DNA from: Eledone cirrhosa
Lineage: Eukaryota
Direction: 5' to 3'
Assembly: GCA_964016885.1 (NCBI GenBank)
Contig: OZ024757.1
Span: 15,190,001-15,254,000 of the forward strand
DNA length: 64,000 nt
Positions within the stretch are counted from its first letter, which is position 1. Each line of letters opens with the position of its first letter. Positions 16,376 through 30,554 of the stretch are shown in pieces. The notes beneath the pieces are model-generated. The model was not told where the DNA came from, searched no databases, and saw only the letters and a list, made by a program, of their open reading frames with translations. The translations under genes and the position numbers were made by a program.

Positions 16376-18762
16376 GTGCATGTGTATATATATATATATA
16401 TGTATGTATATATATATATATGTGTGTGTGTGTATTTATATGAATGTGTGTATGCATGTGTTTGTGTGTAAGTATATATGTAAGTATGTGTGAAATATGT
16501 TAACTATATGTGTTAGTAAATGTGTTCTTTCCATCAATGTTAACAACCATCTACCTCATTCTAACACTTATGCTGTTTGTTAGCTTCTCTTGTATTACAT
16601 TATATTACATTACATTACATTATATTATATATTATATTATATAATATTATAACACAATATAAACCATTCCAAATAATGATCACTATAGAAACATAACAAC
16701 AACAACAACTTATTATAAAGAGGGGGGAAAATATCAATGTAACAAAACAAAAAGAAAATTAATAAGTGGGGCAGTGTGAGTTAAAAAAATGGCCAGGTTG
16801 GCTCTGTTTCATTCTGAGAAACATGAGGCAACCTCATTAATAGATCTCCATGTCACCCTATCCTTGGCAGCTTATTTCACCCCTTCCTGTAGTGGAAACA
16901 CAACTCAGCAATAATGAGTTCAATTTTGTTCTGTTGCTTTGCTCAAGTTTGTGTTATCGGTAATACAGTAATACAAAAAGAGGATGATAAATCCTCAGAC
17001 CATTGGCGCAATGTGAAATAAAGCATTTGCTCAAGGACACAGTGAGTCACTTGGACTGGGAATGGAACTCATGACCTTACGATCATCAGCTGAACTCCCA
17101 ACCAATAAACCACGTGCTTTCATAAAAAAGTAGGGTTTGGAGCACAAATATAAGAGGAGGAGTATAAATATATTTAAGAAATTGTAATTTGTAGAAACCA
17201 GCCAAAAAACACACATAATAATAATAATATACATTGTATATCAGGGATTATTTTAAAAGAAAATGGAATGAATTTTTTTTTTTTTTACGGACCTTTCTTT
17301 CAGTAATTTTCAAGATGAGAACTAAAATGGGTTTGTTTGGTAGTTTGAAGGTAAAATGCATTGTTGTGAGGTGTTTGTTATTTAGATATTATTAATTTCT
17401 TTTAAAGAAAAAAAAAAGTTGATTTTAAAACTAGAGAGAAGAACCAAACTTAAAATATCTGGACCAACATATCTGGAACTAGCATAATAAAAGAGTCGTT
17501 TTAGTGATTGGAAAAAAAAAAAATTAACAACAAACAAATTCCTTCACAAAAACTGTTAAGTTCACTTTATATTTTGTGATATAGAAGGAAGCAGGCCAGG
17601 AGTTAGAAGGGAAGTAGCGTCAGGTAAACAGAAGACAAAAGACCAGTAGTTTCTTTCTTAGCAAATCATGCTCAATTGGTACTTCATATTTTTTAAAGCT
17701 CTCCTGTCTTCTACTGGGCTGATATCACTTCCTTATCACACTTCTGGTGCTGTTGTGTCAGAGTTGCAGTGGAGCTGTGTCAGTGACCAGGTCACAACGG
17801 TGTGACAAAGATTGTAGTACCTTGTCAGTGACCAGATCACAGAAAGAGGGATGAAAATAAATGATAACTGTAAAGTGAGTTTAACAGTTTAGTGTATTTT
17901 TGTTTTTTGTTTAGTTTTGTGATTTTATTTTGAAATAGCTAAAACGACTCTATCATGCAGTAATTGCTTTAGTTTCAACACACAGTCTCAGATCAAGTCA
18001 CTTGATAGATATATACAACTCTGAAATATCTGGAATGTTTAAGTATAAAAGAAAGAAAGAGAGAGATCAAGAGGGAGCGGGAGGGAGTGAAATTGTATTA
18101 TAAACTTGTTTCTTTAGCATCTTATCTTACATAATAATAATAACAATAATAATGATAATAATAATAATTTCCTTTGCTTAGGCACAAGGTCCACTTTGCA
18201 AGGTAAAGATTGAAAGATATATATACATATATATATATCTCAGAGTATTGTAGTTTGCTTGAAGCATTGTTGAATAGGAAACACAAGTTTAAATTATTTT
18301 GAAAACCAAACAATGCACTAGAAAGATAACCAAAATTGCTAAGATAACAAAAGAATCTTACCTTAGCAAATTTAATAATCTCAAAAATTTTCGGGTTTAA
18401 AAACTGATTATCAAGGGAGAATCCCTAGGAGAACTTAAAGGATCGATTGGGGTTGACTTGTTTCAAAGGCAGATTTAAGTTAAATATATATATATGTAAA
18501 AAAAATCTGGAACAAATACTGCTAAGCATTAGTTCAATACTCTAATGATTTTGCCAATCCACTGCTCTAATAGTAATAATGTTGTTAAGACTAATAATAT
18601 TGCTTTTAGCTATCTAGATAACTATGTGTATGTGTGTGTGAATAATTGATCCCTAAATTTAATGGGGAAGAAACAGACATTTCATCTCAAATACTGCAGT
18701 ATAAAGGAGAGGAGCTGACTGCTCCTTAACAACTGAGCTACCACCACTTCATAATAATAATA

Positions 18763-18945
18763 ATTGTTTCTACTATTGGCACAAGGCCAGAAATTACCCA
18801 GTACATTACTGGTACTTTATTTTATCGACCCCGTAAGGATGAAAGGCAAAGTTAACCTCGGCGGGATTTGAACTCAGAATGGCAAGGGCCGTAACTCTAT
18901 GCATCAAAGCATGGCGACCGACCCTCTACCGATACTGCCAATCCA
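18763..18945 (-). mobile_element. tRNA-derived SINE, same family (internal-deletion variant)
   Basis: Same consensus but lacks the gggggaagggaaagtcgattaaatcg block. Confidence 0.85.
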
Positions 18946-18975
18946 CAATGATAATAATAAACACTAACAATAGCG

Positions 18976-19067
<92 letters not shown>

Positions 19068-19497
19068 AAAACCAAAATCCAGAGATTTCCAAACATCTCA
19101 CTTCAGAGTGAAAGCAGAAATTGTTTGCTTTAACTTTTAATCTGCGCTAATAATATATATAAATATATATACATGTATCTATATATGTATATATAAAGTA
19201 ACAACAATAACAACAATAATTAACAATAACAGTGATTAGATATTAATATAATATATTACAATATAATAATGTTTAACATCAATTAATAACTTAACCAATT
19301 ATTTCACTGGCAGGTGGTTGTGGTTGTGGTGGTGTGTAGTTCTACATAGGAATTGGCAATATTTTAATAAAGTTTTGATTAATAATTTCTTCTTATTATT
19401 ATAATTATTTTCTATCTAGATCTTGTCAACAAAATCTCCATACTGTTTAAATACACAAGTCCCCAATATTCAAGTAGCTAAAAAATATCAGCAGCTG

Positions 19498-19680
19498 AAG
19501 GGCACCCAGAAGTCATGACCTCGATGTGGCCCGGCCCCCTCAGAATATGAGAAGTTAAGGGCCCCCAGGAGTCATGACATGGATGTGGCCTGGCCCACTC
19601 AGAGTGTGAGAAGTTAAGGGCACTCAGAAGTCATCATTTAGATGCAGCCCGACCCCTTATGAATGTAAGAGGCTAAGGGC
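19498..19680. repeat. ~60-bp tandem repeat, 3 copies
   Basis: agggcacccagaagtcatgac...gatgtggcc...agaagtta repeated. Confidence 0.75.
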
Positions 19681-20880
19681 TGAAACACTTGCATGAGGGG
19701 GTTTCTTCTCTGAAGTCCTTCTGCTGTTCAGCTCTCCTGAGAGTTTCTTACCACTGTTTTCTTAATGCCAGCCCAGTATGGTTAATAAACCATTTTATGT
19801 AATCTTAATATTTCTTATCATCTGAAGAAATACCTTGTAATTGTCAGCAGAATTCACCCTGATTGATTATAGAGATCAGAGGTACTCAAACTTTTGGGGC
19901 CACCGACACCCCCCTCATGGCCACATAATACCCTCAGCGCCCCCCAACCCTATTTCCAGAGAGACCTACCTACACACAAATTGTAAATAATATATAATAA
20001 ATAAAATCGTTAATTTATATATAATAAATAATATAATATATACTATGTATAAATAAATATTACATATTTTTTAATATACTTTATTTATATACAATATGTA
20101 TCATATGATATTTAATATACTATTATATCATCTCTACTGCCCACCCCCACATTCGGGTTATTTCTATCTCTAGATCTTTATATTTGGATAGTTTCTCCAT
20201 TTCCTTGGTAGATATATTGTCATCTGTGGGGATTGATACACAATACAGTAATATATGGTCGGTTGGCTTAATCATTATTATTATCATTATTGGGTGAGAG
20301 AGGTGAGATCAATGAGGTTGAATGAACTTATTCTGACTATACTTTTTTAAGAAGGAGGAAAGAACCCAAGGGAGGGTACTTTCAATGCCTACAAGGGGAC
20401 AGAGTAATCCAGGGTTTTGTGAGAGGATTCTCCCTGTAATTACCCTAAATTACAGTTCCCCATTATTGGGGAACTGGTCCTTGATGACATTTGTTATTGT
20501 TTTCTATTGTTATCTATATTTATTACAATTTCTATTATTGTTATTTCTACTGTTTTCTCTTCAGGGATGTACCCTTTCCTTCACGCAATGTAAACCCCCA
20601 TTCTGTGTTGCTTTTGTCCTTGTATTGTTCTCCAATGACTTGGGCGCTTGTAGCCAATAAAAGACACCATTAATAGTAGTAGTAGAAGTAGTAATAGTAG
20701 TATTGTTGTTGTTATTTCAGTAGATGTATTTCTACAGTGCAATTTCTGCCTGCTTAGCGGAGCACGAACCCATGTGCCATGGCAGTTACCATTATGATCA
20801 TGCACACGGAGCTCAATCATCATCATGGTTAAAAGAAATTATTATTGTTATTATTGTTATTATTATTATTATTATTGTTA

Positions 20881-21000
20881 TTTCTACTTTAGGCACAAGG
20901 CCAGCAATTTTGGGGGAAGGGAAAGTCGATTAAATCGACCCCAGTGCATTACTGGTACTTTATTTTATCGACCCCGTAAGGATGAAAGGCAAAGCTAACC
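20881..21000 (-). mobile_element. Truncated SINE, same family
   Basis: 3' half only. Confidence 0.75.
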
Positions 21001-21199
21001 TTATTATTATTATTGATTTATTTTAAATAGCCTGCTATTTATTTTCCTTTTTATGATCATTTTAAGAGGATTGCGAATAAACTTTTTTTAGGGGGGAGTA
21101 TATGGTCGGTGATACGTGATGGGTGGGGCTAGCTGGCAGTTGTTTAAGATGAGGCGGTGGTGGTGGGGAGTTGATTCTGTTTATTTTTTGTTTTTAATT

Positions 21200-21996
21200 T
21201 TAATTAGTTAATTATTTTATTTATTAAAGCAGAAATAGCAGAGCACAATTGCATTTTATTTAGGACAATTTTTGGAAATTTTATAGTTGGGGGACATATA
21301 TTTAGTTTAAAAATAAAAATGGTAGATAGAAAAACAAAACACAACACAATACAACACACAAAAAAGAGAAAAAAAAACAATCTTGTTGTTGTTATTGTTA
21401 AAGCGCGATCATTTTTGGACATGAATTTATCGATGGCGTGTCAATTTAACCATTTTTTAAAGGATCATGAAAAAAACAATTTCTTTATCTTCCGTTAAGA
21501 AGACACATTTTAAATGTGTTACAACATTCTTCCCCATAATAACCTATATTATTACCTGTCTCCTTTGGAGACAACCAGCTCTTTAATGCAATTTTTGAAT
21601 TAAAGCTTTTTCTTTTTTTTCATTTCTTGGCTTCATTCACAGGTCTAGCACATGCACATTTGTTTTCTTTCTTTTTTTTCATATTTTTTTTTGTTTTTCG
21701 TTTTTCATCAATGACTGACAACAACACTGTGGCCAGCAATTTTAGATACCCAGGTACTACCAGCTAGAATCCAAACATAGGTACACACTTTCAAGAAGAT
21801 AATCAGATTTCTAAACTTATAAACACTTGGCAAATTAGACAATGATGTCCAGTGATATCTGGCCACTGCCAACGACAAGTTAGAAATCCAATAGAAAACA
21901 GTTCTGTAATCCAATGTCTGTAGTTGTGTTAAAAACCACAGGTGAACTGTGCAGCAGAATACAAAAATACAATAAATTCCTAAACCTCTGGTTACC
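21200..21996 (-). other. Proximal 3'UTR of the Cav2 gene (true end unknown)
   Basis: Repeat-poor AU-rich sequence after the TAA stop; minus-strand AATAAA hexamers (tttatt on +) near 21217-21260. Confidence 0.55.
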
Positions 21997-22868
21997 TTAA
22001 CACCAGTCATCATCTTCATCTGATTCATGTCGTACAGGACCACCTGTACCATCTCCACACATGTCCACATTTTCTGGCTTACGTTTCTTTGGTTTGAATC
22101 CATTTGGTAAAGTTTCAGTACGTCGGTCTGACATATGAACATTTAGAGATGGATCTTCAAAATAACGACCTCGGTTATTTATGCGTGGATCAAACGTTCT
22201 ACTTCTGTGTGAAACATATGGGTCTAGAGCCCTACTAAAATCCCTATTGCTAGTTCTTTGAGTAGCAGGTAAAGTTCTACTTCTTTCAGGACTTAATTTA
22301 CTTAAACTATTCCTTTCTGTTGGACTGTAGGGCTCTGGTCGGCCAAGTCGCCCCAATGGAGGAGCTTGGCCTACTGTAGGTCCTATTCTTGGAATGTGAG
22401 TAGGTGATGCGTTTAGTCTAGGGAAGTTTATGCTACCAGGGCTTTTTGATGGTTGAGGGACAGTTGGTGATGGCATGACCCGTGGCATGTTGTCACGGGG
22501 TCGAGTTTGAGCAAGGTTTAAAGTTGAAGGCTTGCTTGGAACTGCTGGTAGTTTACGAGTAGCTTTTCTTGGCTGTGTCACTGTGGGACCAGGGCTTGGG
22601 CTTCTTGATCGGTCCGTCAAATTTGCAGATCCATAATATTCATGTTGATGTAACATGGGTGTTGGAGTGAGATTCGGGGATGGGCTTCTAGAACGGTTTT
22701 CTAAAGATGTAGATCTGTAAAATGTTGGCTCTTTTCTACGAGCCGTTGGACTTGGAAGAGGAGAACCAAGTATCTGCCCCTGCTGCTGTAGTGGAGGTCT
22801 GTGACGACCACGACTTCTTCCACGCATTTGAGGAGAAGTGGGAACACTAAGGCTGTCATCGTGTTTTC
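21997..22868 (-). CDS. cac: Cav2 voltage-gated calcium channel alpha-1 subunit, terminal coding exon (distal C-terminal tail)
   Basis: Non-repetitive ORF. Acceptor ttttctcttctcaag|GA AAA CAC is phase 1 and joins G| of exon 40058 to give HRG-G-KHDDSLSVPTSPQMRGRSRG. Contains a PxxP motif (RKLPAVPSKP, similar to vertebrate Cav2 RQLPQTP, the RIM-BP site) and ends ESDEDDDWC*, the Cav2 C-terminal DDWC PDZ ligand. Confidence 0.95.
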
Positions 22869-23129
22869 CTTGAGAAGAGAAAAGAAAAAATATCAACATT
22901 AAAAGATTGTCAAAGACAACATTGTCCAATATTAAACTACATTTTATAATTTCTAGAAATAATAACAAAAACAATCAAAAATCAAAGAAGAGAGGTGAAA
23001 TCACCCTAATGGCAAATTGAGGTGGTGGTGGTGGTGGGGAGGAGGGTAGGTAACTGGCTGGATTCCTGTGGGGAAGTGGGGAAGAAACAGGAAAAGAAGG
23101 AGACACAAAGACGGACATATGTGTTTCGA

Positions 23130-23340
23130 ATGTTTAAGGAAAGAATCACAGGACAGATTTTATGATAAAAGTCAGGAGACCTAGAGGTAGACCATGAATA
23201 ACATGGTTGGATAACATTCATTAGCTCATTTGGTCTTGGCTGGGAGATCCAGCTGGATAAATTGAAGACAGTTGCTCTCTGGACGGTGTGTTTGATGGTT
23301 CTGTCTCCCATGACCCTCAAAAAAGAAGAGTAGGGTGGGG
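23130..23340 (+). mobile_element. Degenerate copy of the same RTE-like 3' fragment
   Basis: Shares aggaaagaatcac...ggagacctagaggtagacc...atggttggataacat with 15420-15600. Confidence 0.6.
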
Positions 23341-24796
23341 TAGCCAATTGGCTGGGTTCCAATGAGGGGGAGAAAGAAGTAAAGGAGAGAGGTAAAATGA
23401 GGGGCAAGATAAAAAAGGACAAAGAAAATTAGTGAGGGATGAGAAGAAAGGGGGAGAGAAAGAGAAGAGAGAGTAAAAGGGGGTGGAGAAAGAGGAGGGA
23501 GAGAAATGAGAGGAAAGAGAGAGGAGGTGGAGAAAACAGAGGGGAAAGAAAGAATGGGGGTGGAGAAAGAAGAAAGAGGGGAAGGGGGTAGATGTGGAGA
23601 AAAAAGAGAGTAGAGGGTGAAAGAAGAGGAAGGGGAATGGAAGAAAGAAGAAAGAGGAAAAAGAGAAAAGCTAGAACAAATATGTTCCAGATTGGGCAAA
23701 AATGGAAATAAGCTGGCTGATTTGACCTGACTGATGCCCAAAATTTAGGTCAATTCCATATTAGCAGTGAGGAAAAGATACATTGAATCAAGATACTAGT
23801 GGGTCACAAAAATAGGGGTCATTTCAGCTTTGTACAGTTCCAGTTGAAAAAATATAAAGTGGAATAAATAAAGACATTTAATAACCAGTGATAGGGATCA
23901 ACATAATATACAATATGATTTCTAATTTAGGCGCAAGATGAAAAGTAAAGTTGACCTCAGTGGCATTTGACCTCAGAGCACAGGAAGCTGGAATGACTCT
24001 GCCAATATGCCACCTTTGTGCTAACATAGTGCAATGAGGTAAGAAATGTAAGTAAACTGAAATTACACCTGTGGTGAGGAGAGATAAACTTTAGTTTAAT
24101 GGTCAATATTAGTGGAGAAGGGAAGGGGAGGGGAGACAACTTTTGAACTTGAATTTATAAAAATTATAGTCATAATTAGGAGAAATCATCTTTAGCTTAA
24201 CTGACGATATTATTGAAAGAGAGGGGGAAATAATTCTAGAACTTGAATTAATAAAATTAGTCATAATTAGGAGAAATAATCTTTAGCTTAATGGTCAATA
24301 TTGGAGGAGGTAACCCTCCAACACATTAATTAATCAAAATTACACACATGGTGAGATAAAATATTTTTTTAGTTTAATAAACAATAAAGTTACAGAAGAG
24401 TAGGGGGGAAGACAACCTTTGAGCTTCAATAGAAAAAATATAATAATAAAAATAACACTTGTGGTGAGGAGAATTATGAATATTGTTGAAGAAGAACAGG
24501 GGAAGATAACCCTTGGACTTTAATGAATTAAAATCACTGCCATAGTGAGGAGAAATAATTATTAGTGATACATTCTATGGATAAAAGGCAGTAAATTAGA
24601 TCGATTTAATCTTACTTTGTATAATATAGTGAGAAATTTAAATTAAACTGTTAATCTAACAATCTACAATTTTAGTTGGCACTTGTTGGACAATTTATAC
24701 CACTAAAAACAATATCTTGTACATTTTTAAATTAAATATATGCTAATTAATTGTATAAATAAAATGACTTTATTCATGATGCAAAAATATCTTTAA

Positions 24797-24985
24797 CCCT
24801 TTAGCATTTAAACTGGCCATATCCAGCAAGAATTCTCTCACCTCTTTCTGTTCAAACTGGCTGTAACCAGCTGCTCATACTTATGTTAAGGTATTTTTCT
24901 CAAAATAAATAGTATCAAAATCTTGTAGATTCAATATTATGTGAGATAATTATGTGAAATAAAGTATTTACCGTGAAAATATAAT

Positions 24986-25028
<43 letters not shown>

Positions 25029-25052
25029 TATAGTAATGTAAATGCTAAAGGG
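24797..25052. mobile_element. piggyBac-type MITE, family A
   Basis: TTAA|CCCTTTAGCATTTA ... TAAATGCTAAAGGG|TTAA: perfect TIRs starting with CCC and a TTAA TSD. Confidence 0.85.
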
Positions 25053-26749
25053 TTAAGCATAAAATCTGGACATGCAGGAAATGAGAGAGTTATGTAATTG
25101 TTATTTTAATTTTTCAAGATAAATGATTTAATTGAAGATAAATAAAATTTATTTGGGAGGGGGTGGGGGTGCACATGCTATTTATAAAAGATTATATTGT
25201 TGAAATTTATGAACTTGAGAAAGAAATATTGTAAATGAAAGCATTATGAGTATTACTGTAAATTTATTTAAACGGATTCAAAGCAGATCTTGAATTTAGT
25301 TGTCATTTGTAAAGTAAGTGACTAAATGAATGATTTGCAAACAACATTCAATTAGAAGTTGTCAAAAGAAGGGAAAACATTCTGATAAAAATATTGTCAT
25401 AAGCTAAAGAGAGAAAAAAGAATTATGAAAATTGACAATTCATAGAAAATATATATATACGAAAAAAGTGAACATTCAATATGATTTGTGTTTTGTGTTA
25501 ATGTATATGTTGAAGTAATTCTGACATAGGAAAATCTCCTATGGATGCCTTCTGCACAAAGATCATATAGTTAAGTGCATGAGCTGACATATTTAATATG
25601 GTGAGCCAAAAATAATTTCTCATCAATTGAAATTACACTCGTAATGAGGAGAAAAATCATTAGAGTTAATGACAATTCATGTCAAGAAAAGTAGAGGGAG
25701 AAAACTCTGAAAGTTAAATAGTGTAATAATTAAATAGGGACATGCAGTATAGCGTGAGTCAGGGCTTAGATAAGTAAAGGAAACTTTGGACATGTTTCAG
25801 TCTTAATAAGCCTCCTCAGTGAAGCATAGTCTAATGTGTACATACCAAAAATTAGACTTACTTCCCAGTGTATGTCCACATTTAATTTTTAATAAATTTG
25901 AATTTCCAATTTTTCCCCTCTTGGCAAGACTTGTCATTAATACTAATTATTTTCCTTCTAATTATGAGAGTAATTCCAGCATAGTTTTGATATTAATTAA
26001 CCCCAGGTAAATTACCAGTGGGTTAATAATATTTTAGTGAATTATAAAAATCATGCAAGATTTGCATAAAGCCAAAGAATAATAAATATGTGAACCGGAA
26101 CTAACTAGCTTCCCTACAGCTTTAGTTAAGGAATGGTGAAAGTGATAAGAAAACAATGAACTAGACCAGTCATGGGCAAACTGTGATCCACGAGACAAAA
26201 GTGGCCCAAATGGCTTTCTGAATGGAGTGCCTAATTTTAAAATTGTCTTGAATTTTTTATCAGCATAGCCAGCCTTATGATGAGCCACATCCTATGAGGC
26301 CGACTACTCAAAAAGGTTTGCCTATGCCTGGACTAGATTCTCTCAGTGACAGAACTACAGCATAAGTGCTTTTATTATAGAATGAACATGGAACGATGGT
26401 TAATGCCTTATAAGTAAATAAACTGACTGATTATTAACTCAATGTCCTATACCACTGGGGAAAGGCCTTCCCTATTCTGTCCGCCAGGGCTGTGGGATGG
26501 CCAGTGTGCGTGCCCCTATTTGCTCACAATAGTGAGAGATAGGGAGAGCTGGTGAGACGGAGGCAGTGACAGTGGGAGTTTGGTCCTTTTGTGTTCAGAC
26601 CTGGTGTATATATGTGTAAAAAACAGAGAATGAGCCTATAAAGCCTTTTCTTTTAAATGGAATTATACTTTACTTGGACTACCTTTTATTTTTTGTATTA
26701 AATTAGCCTGAACCAAGTAAGTTGTGAACAAACAAATATGAAAAAGAAA

Positions 26750-27365
26750 CAGCATTAGCAAGACATTCTCGAAAAGTACAAAACAGCATTATGATTGCAT
26801 CCCATTAAAAATTAAAGTCTTTATTCTAATACAGCAAATTTTCATAATGATCTGTCAGCTAGTAGAAATACTGCAACCATTTGAATTGACAAACTAAATT
26901 TTAGATATTTTCTGCTAAATCATTAGTCTTTGCTTTAATACTGAAATTTTTCACAATGCTTAATGTCAACCTATTAACTAGTAGAGATACTATTTGGTTT
27001 AGAATAGGCACTGTGTATCCTTGTGTGTGGTATGAAGCAAATAAATGAATAAATTTACTAATTATTAACTCAATGTCCTGTACCACAAGAAACAGCATTA
27101 GCGAGACAGTCTCGAAAAGTACAAAGCAGAAATATGACTGCATCACATTGAATATTGATGTCTTTAATACTGGAAATTTTCTCAACAATCTATCCACTAG
27201 TAATGATACTATAAACATTTGAATTTAAAACTACATGAAACCACATTAGCAAAGCATTATCAAAAAGTACAAAGCAGAACTATGACTGCATCACATGAAA
27301 AATAAATGTCTTTACTTTAATACAACAAATATTCACAACAACCTATTCACTAGTAAAGATACTAT
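26750..27365 (+). repeat. Locally repeated ~170-bp unit (also at 34165-34490 and 55370-55610)
   Basis: gaaaagtacaaaacagcattatgattgcatcccattaaaaattaaagtcttta...ctagtagaaatactg is near-identical at ~26770 and ~55408. Confidence 0.75.
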
Positions 27366-29322
27366 CTGGTTTAGAACAGGCACACTGTATCTCTATGTAT
27401 ATCCATTTTATAATAGGTACACTGTATCTCTATTTATATCCAGTTTAGAATAGGTACACAGTATCCCTATTTATACCCAGTTTAGAATAGGTACACTGTA
27501 TCTCAATGTATACCCAATTTAGAATAGGTACACTGTATCTCAATGTATACCCAGTTTAGAATAGGTACACTGTATCCCTATTTATATCCAGTTTAGAATA
27601 GGCACACTGTATCCCTATTTATACCCAATTTAGAATAGGTACACTGTATCTCTATTTATATCCAGTTTAGAATAGGCACACTGTATTCCTATTTATACCC
27701 AGTTTAGAATAGGTACACTGTATCTCAATGTATGCCCAGTTTAGAATAGGTACACTGTATCTCTATTTATATCCAGTTTAGAATAGGTACACTGTATTCC
27801 TATTTATACCCAGTTTAGAATAGGTACACTGTATTCCTATTTATACCCAGTTTAGAATAGGTACACTGTATCTCAATATATACCCAATTTAGAATAGGTA
27901 CACTGTATCTCTATTTATATCCAGTTTAGAATAGGCACACTGTATTCCTATGTATATCCAGTTTATAATAGGTACACTGTAGCTCAATGTATACCCAGTT
28001 TAGAATAGGTACACTGTATTCCTATTTATATCCAGTTTAGAATAGGTACACTGTATCCCTATTTATACCCAGTTTAGAATAGGTACACTGTATCTCAATG
28101 TATACCCAGTTTAGAATAGGTACACTGTATTCCTATTTATACCCAGTTTAGAATAGGTACACTGTATCTCAATGTATACCCAGTTTAGAATAGGTACACT
28201 GTATCCCTATTTATATCCAGTTTAGAATAGGCACACTGTATTCCTATTTATACCCAGTTTAGAATAGGTACACTGTATCTCAATGTATACCCAATTTAGA
28301 ATAGGTACACTGTATCTCTATTTATACCCAGTTTAGAATAGGTACACTGTATCTCTATTTATACCCAGTTTAGAATAGGTACACTGTATCCCTATTTATA
28401 CCCAGTTTAGAATAGGTACACTGTATCCCTATTTATACCCAGTTTAGAATAGGTACACTGTATCTCTATGTATACCCAGTTTAGAATAGGTACACTGTAT
28501 CCCTATTTATACCCAGTTTAGAATAGGTACACTGTATCTCTATTTATATCCAGTTTAGAATAGGTACACTGTATCCCTTTTTATACCCAGTTTAGAATAG
28601 GTACACTGTATCTCAATGTATATCCAGTTTAGAATAGGTACACTGTATCTCAATGTATACCTAGTTTAGAATAGGTACACTGTATCTCTATTTATACCCA
28701 GTTTAGAATAGGTACACTGTATCTCAATGTATACCCAGTTTATAATAGGTACACTGTATCCCTATTTATATCCAGTTTAGAATAGGTACACTGTATCCCT
28801 ATTTATACCCAGTTTAGAATACGTACACTGTATCTCAATGTATACCCAGTTTAGAATAGGTACACTGTATCTCTATTTATATCCAGTTTAGAATAGGTAC
28901 ACTGTATCCCTATTTATACCCAGTTTAGAATAGGTACACTGTATCTCAATGTATACCCAGTTTAGAATAGGTACACTGTATCTCAATGTATACCCAGTTT
29001 AGAATAGGTACACTGTATCTCAATGTATATCCAGTTTAGAATAGGCACACTGTATTCCTATTTATACCCAGTTTAGAATAGGTACACTGTATCTCTATTT
29101 ATATCCAGTTTAGAATAGGTACACTGTATCCCTATTTATACCCAGTTTAGAATAGGTACACTGTATCTCTATTTATATCCAGTTTAGAATAGGTACACTG
29201 TATCTCAATGTATACCCAGTTTAGAATAGGTACACTGTATCCCTATTTATACCCAGTTTAGAATAGGTACACTGTATCTCAATGTATACCCAGTTTAGAA
29301 TAGGTACACTGTATCTCTATGT
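27365..29322. repeat. 37-bp minisatellite, about 53 copies (cccagtttagaataggtacactgtatctctatttata)
   Basis: Period measured at 28327 and 28364; only a few recurring variants. Confidence 0.97.
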
Positions 29323-30015
29323 GTCGTTAGAGACAGCTAAAAGGGTTGGTGCTAGAAAGGGCATCTGGTTATAAAACATTTTCTCAAAAATCCCTGAAAG
29401 GCTAACCTCTACCTTAGCAGGGGAAATGACCTTAAAATGCTTGTAGTGTTCTCTGCCCCAACATTAATAAAATAAGTTAATTAGTTTTAAAGAACAGTGT
29501 AAACTTGGTTTACTGACTAGCTACTGATATACCATAGTGATTAACACAACAACAACAACAACAACTGGAATAATAGCGGCAGTATAAATAACATGATGAT
29601 GATGATGATGATGATGACAAAATCTGTGAAAATATATAGATATAGATATATATGTATATATATATATGCAGTGCTTTTCTTACCATCATCATAATAATAG
29701 TCTGGAAACAATTATGAAAAGTAAATATTAAATAATTTGATAAAATCCAAGTTTTATACATTTAACATATTTATTTTATTGTAAAAACAGAGTTCCAACA
29801 AAACTGTTGGTTGTCCCTGTCTATGTTGGCTAAAATTATACGGTGAAGTTGGTGAAGTTAGTGGTCGAATGAGTTTAGGTATCATGGGAAGGAGAGGGAG
29901 GAAGCTGACATTTTGGAATTAACCATTTGTGTGCGTGCGTGTGTGTGCGTGTGTGAGAGAGAGTGAGGGAGATAGAGAGTGAGAGAGAGAGGGAGAGAGA
30001 GTGAGATAGAAGGAG

Positions 30016-30083
<68 letters not shown>

Positions 30084-30554
30084 CACTCTTCTTTTCATCT
30101 GAACTCCACAATTTCACTATGTTTATGTTTACAAAGTGGCGAGTGAAGTTTGAAATAGAACTGGAAACTAGAAGGATTCACTTTAACATTTTGACTAAAC
30201 AAAATAGTCTTAATAATGGGGTGCATAAACCCACTGAACAGAACAAGATGGGTATCATCAAAGATGGGCATCATCTTTTTTCCATTCAGTGGGTTTATAT
30301 GCCTCGTTATTAAGTCTATTTTATTTAATCAAAATATTATGGTGAAGCCTTCTGTTTTCCAGTTCAATTTCTGTTGTTGATGGTTTTAGTTTTTAATCCT
30401 TTAAACACAAAACTGGTCGAAACCGGTTGAAACCAGCACTATGAAAGTGTTAAAATCTAAATGGATATTGTAGTTTACTTGAAGCATTGTATAAAGTGTA
30501 GAAAAAAATTTTTTTTTTAATTAGAAAGTTACAGAAATGCAAATGAAACATTAA

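Noticed and set aside
18380-18420. Minus-strand cttgataa-tcagtttttaaacc-cgaaa as a hammerhead
   Set aside because: Core too degenerate, with no stem I or III support.
22869-22974. N-terminal extension of the 325-aa ORF (MFLLLFLEII...)
   Set aside because: Intronic polypyrimidine region upstream of the AG acceptor.
23006-23741. Ser/Leu/Phe/Pro-rich minus-strand ORFs
   Set aside because: Low-complexity GA-rich tract plus an antisense RTE remnant.
27365-29322. CRISPR-like regular 37-bp array
   Set aside because: There are no unique spacers, only a few recurring variants; no cas genes; eukaryotic intron.
29760-29906. Minus-strand stretch translating as MIPKLIRPLTSPTSPYNFSQHRQGQP
   Set aside because: The nearest acceptor (tgtcag) puts this frame in phase 2, incompatible with the phase-1 donor; the phase-1 reading stops after 7 codons; no donor seen.
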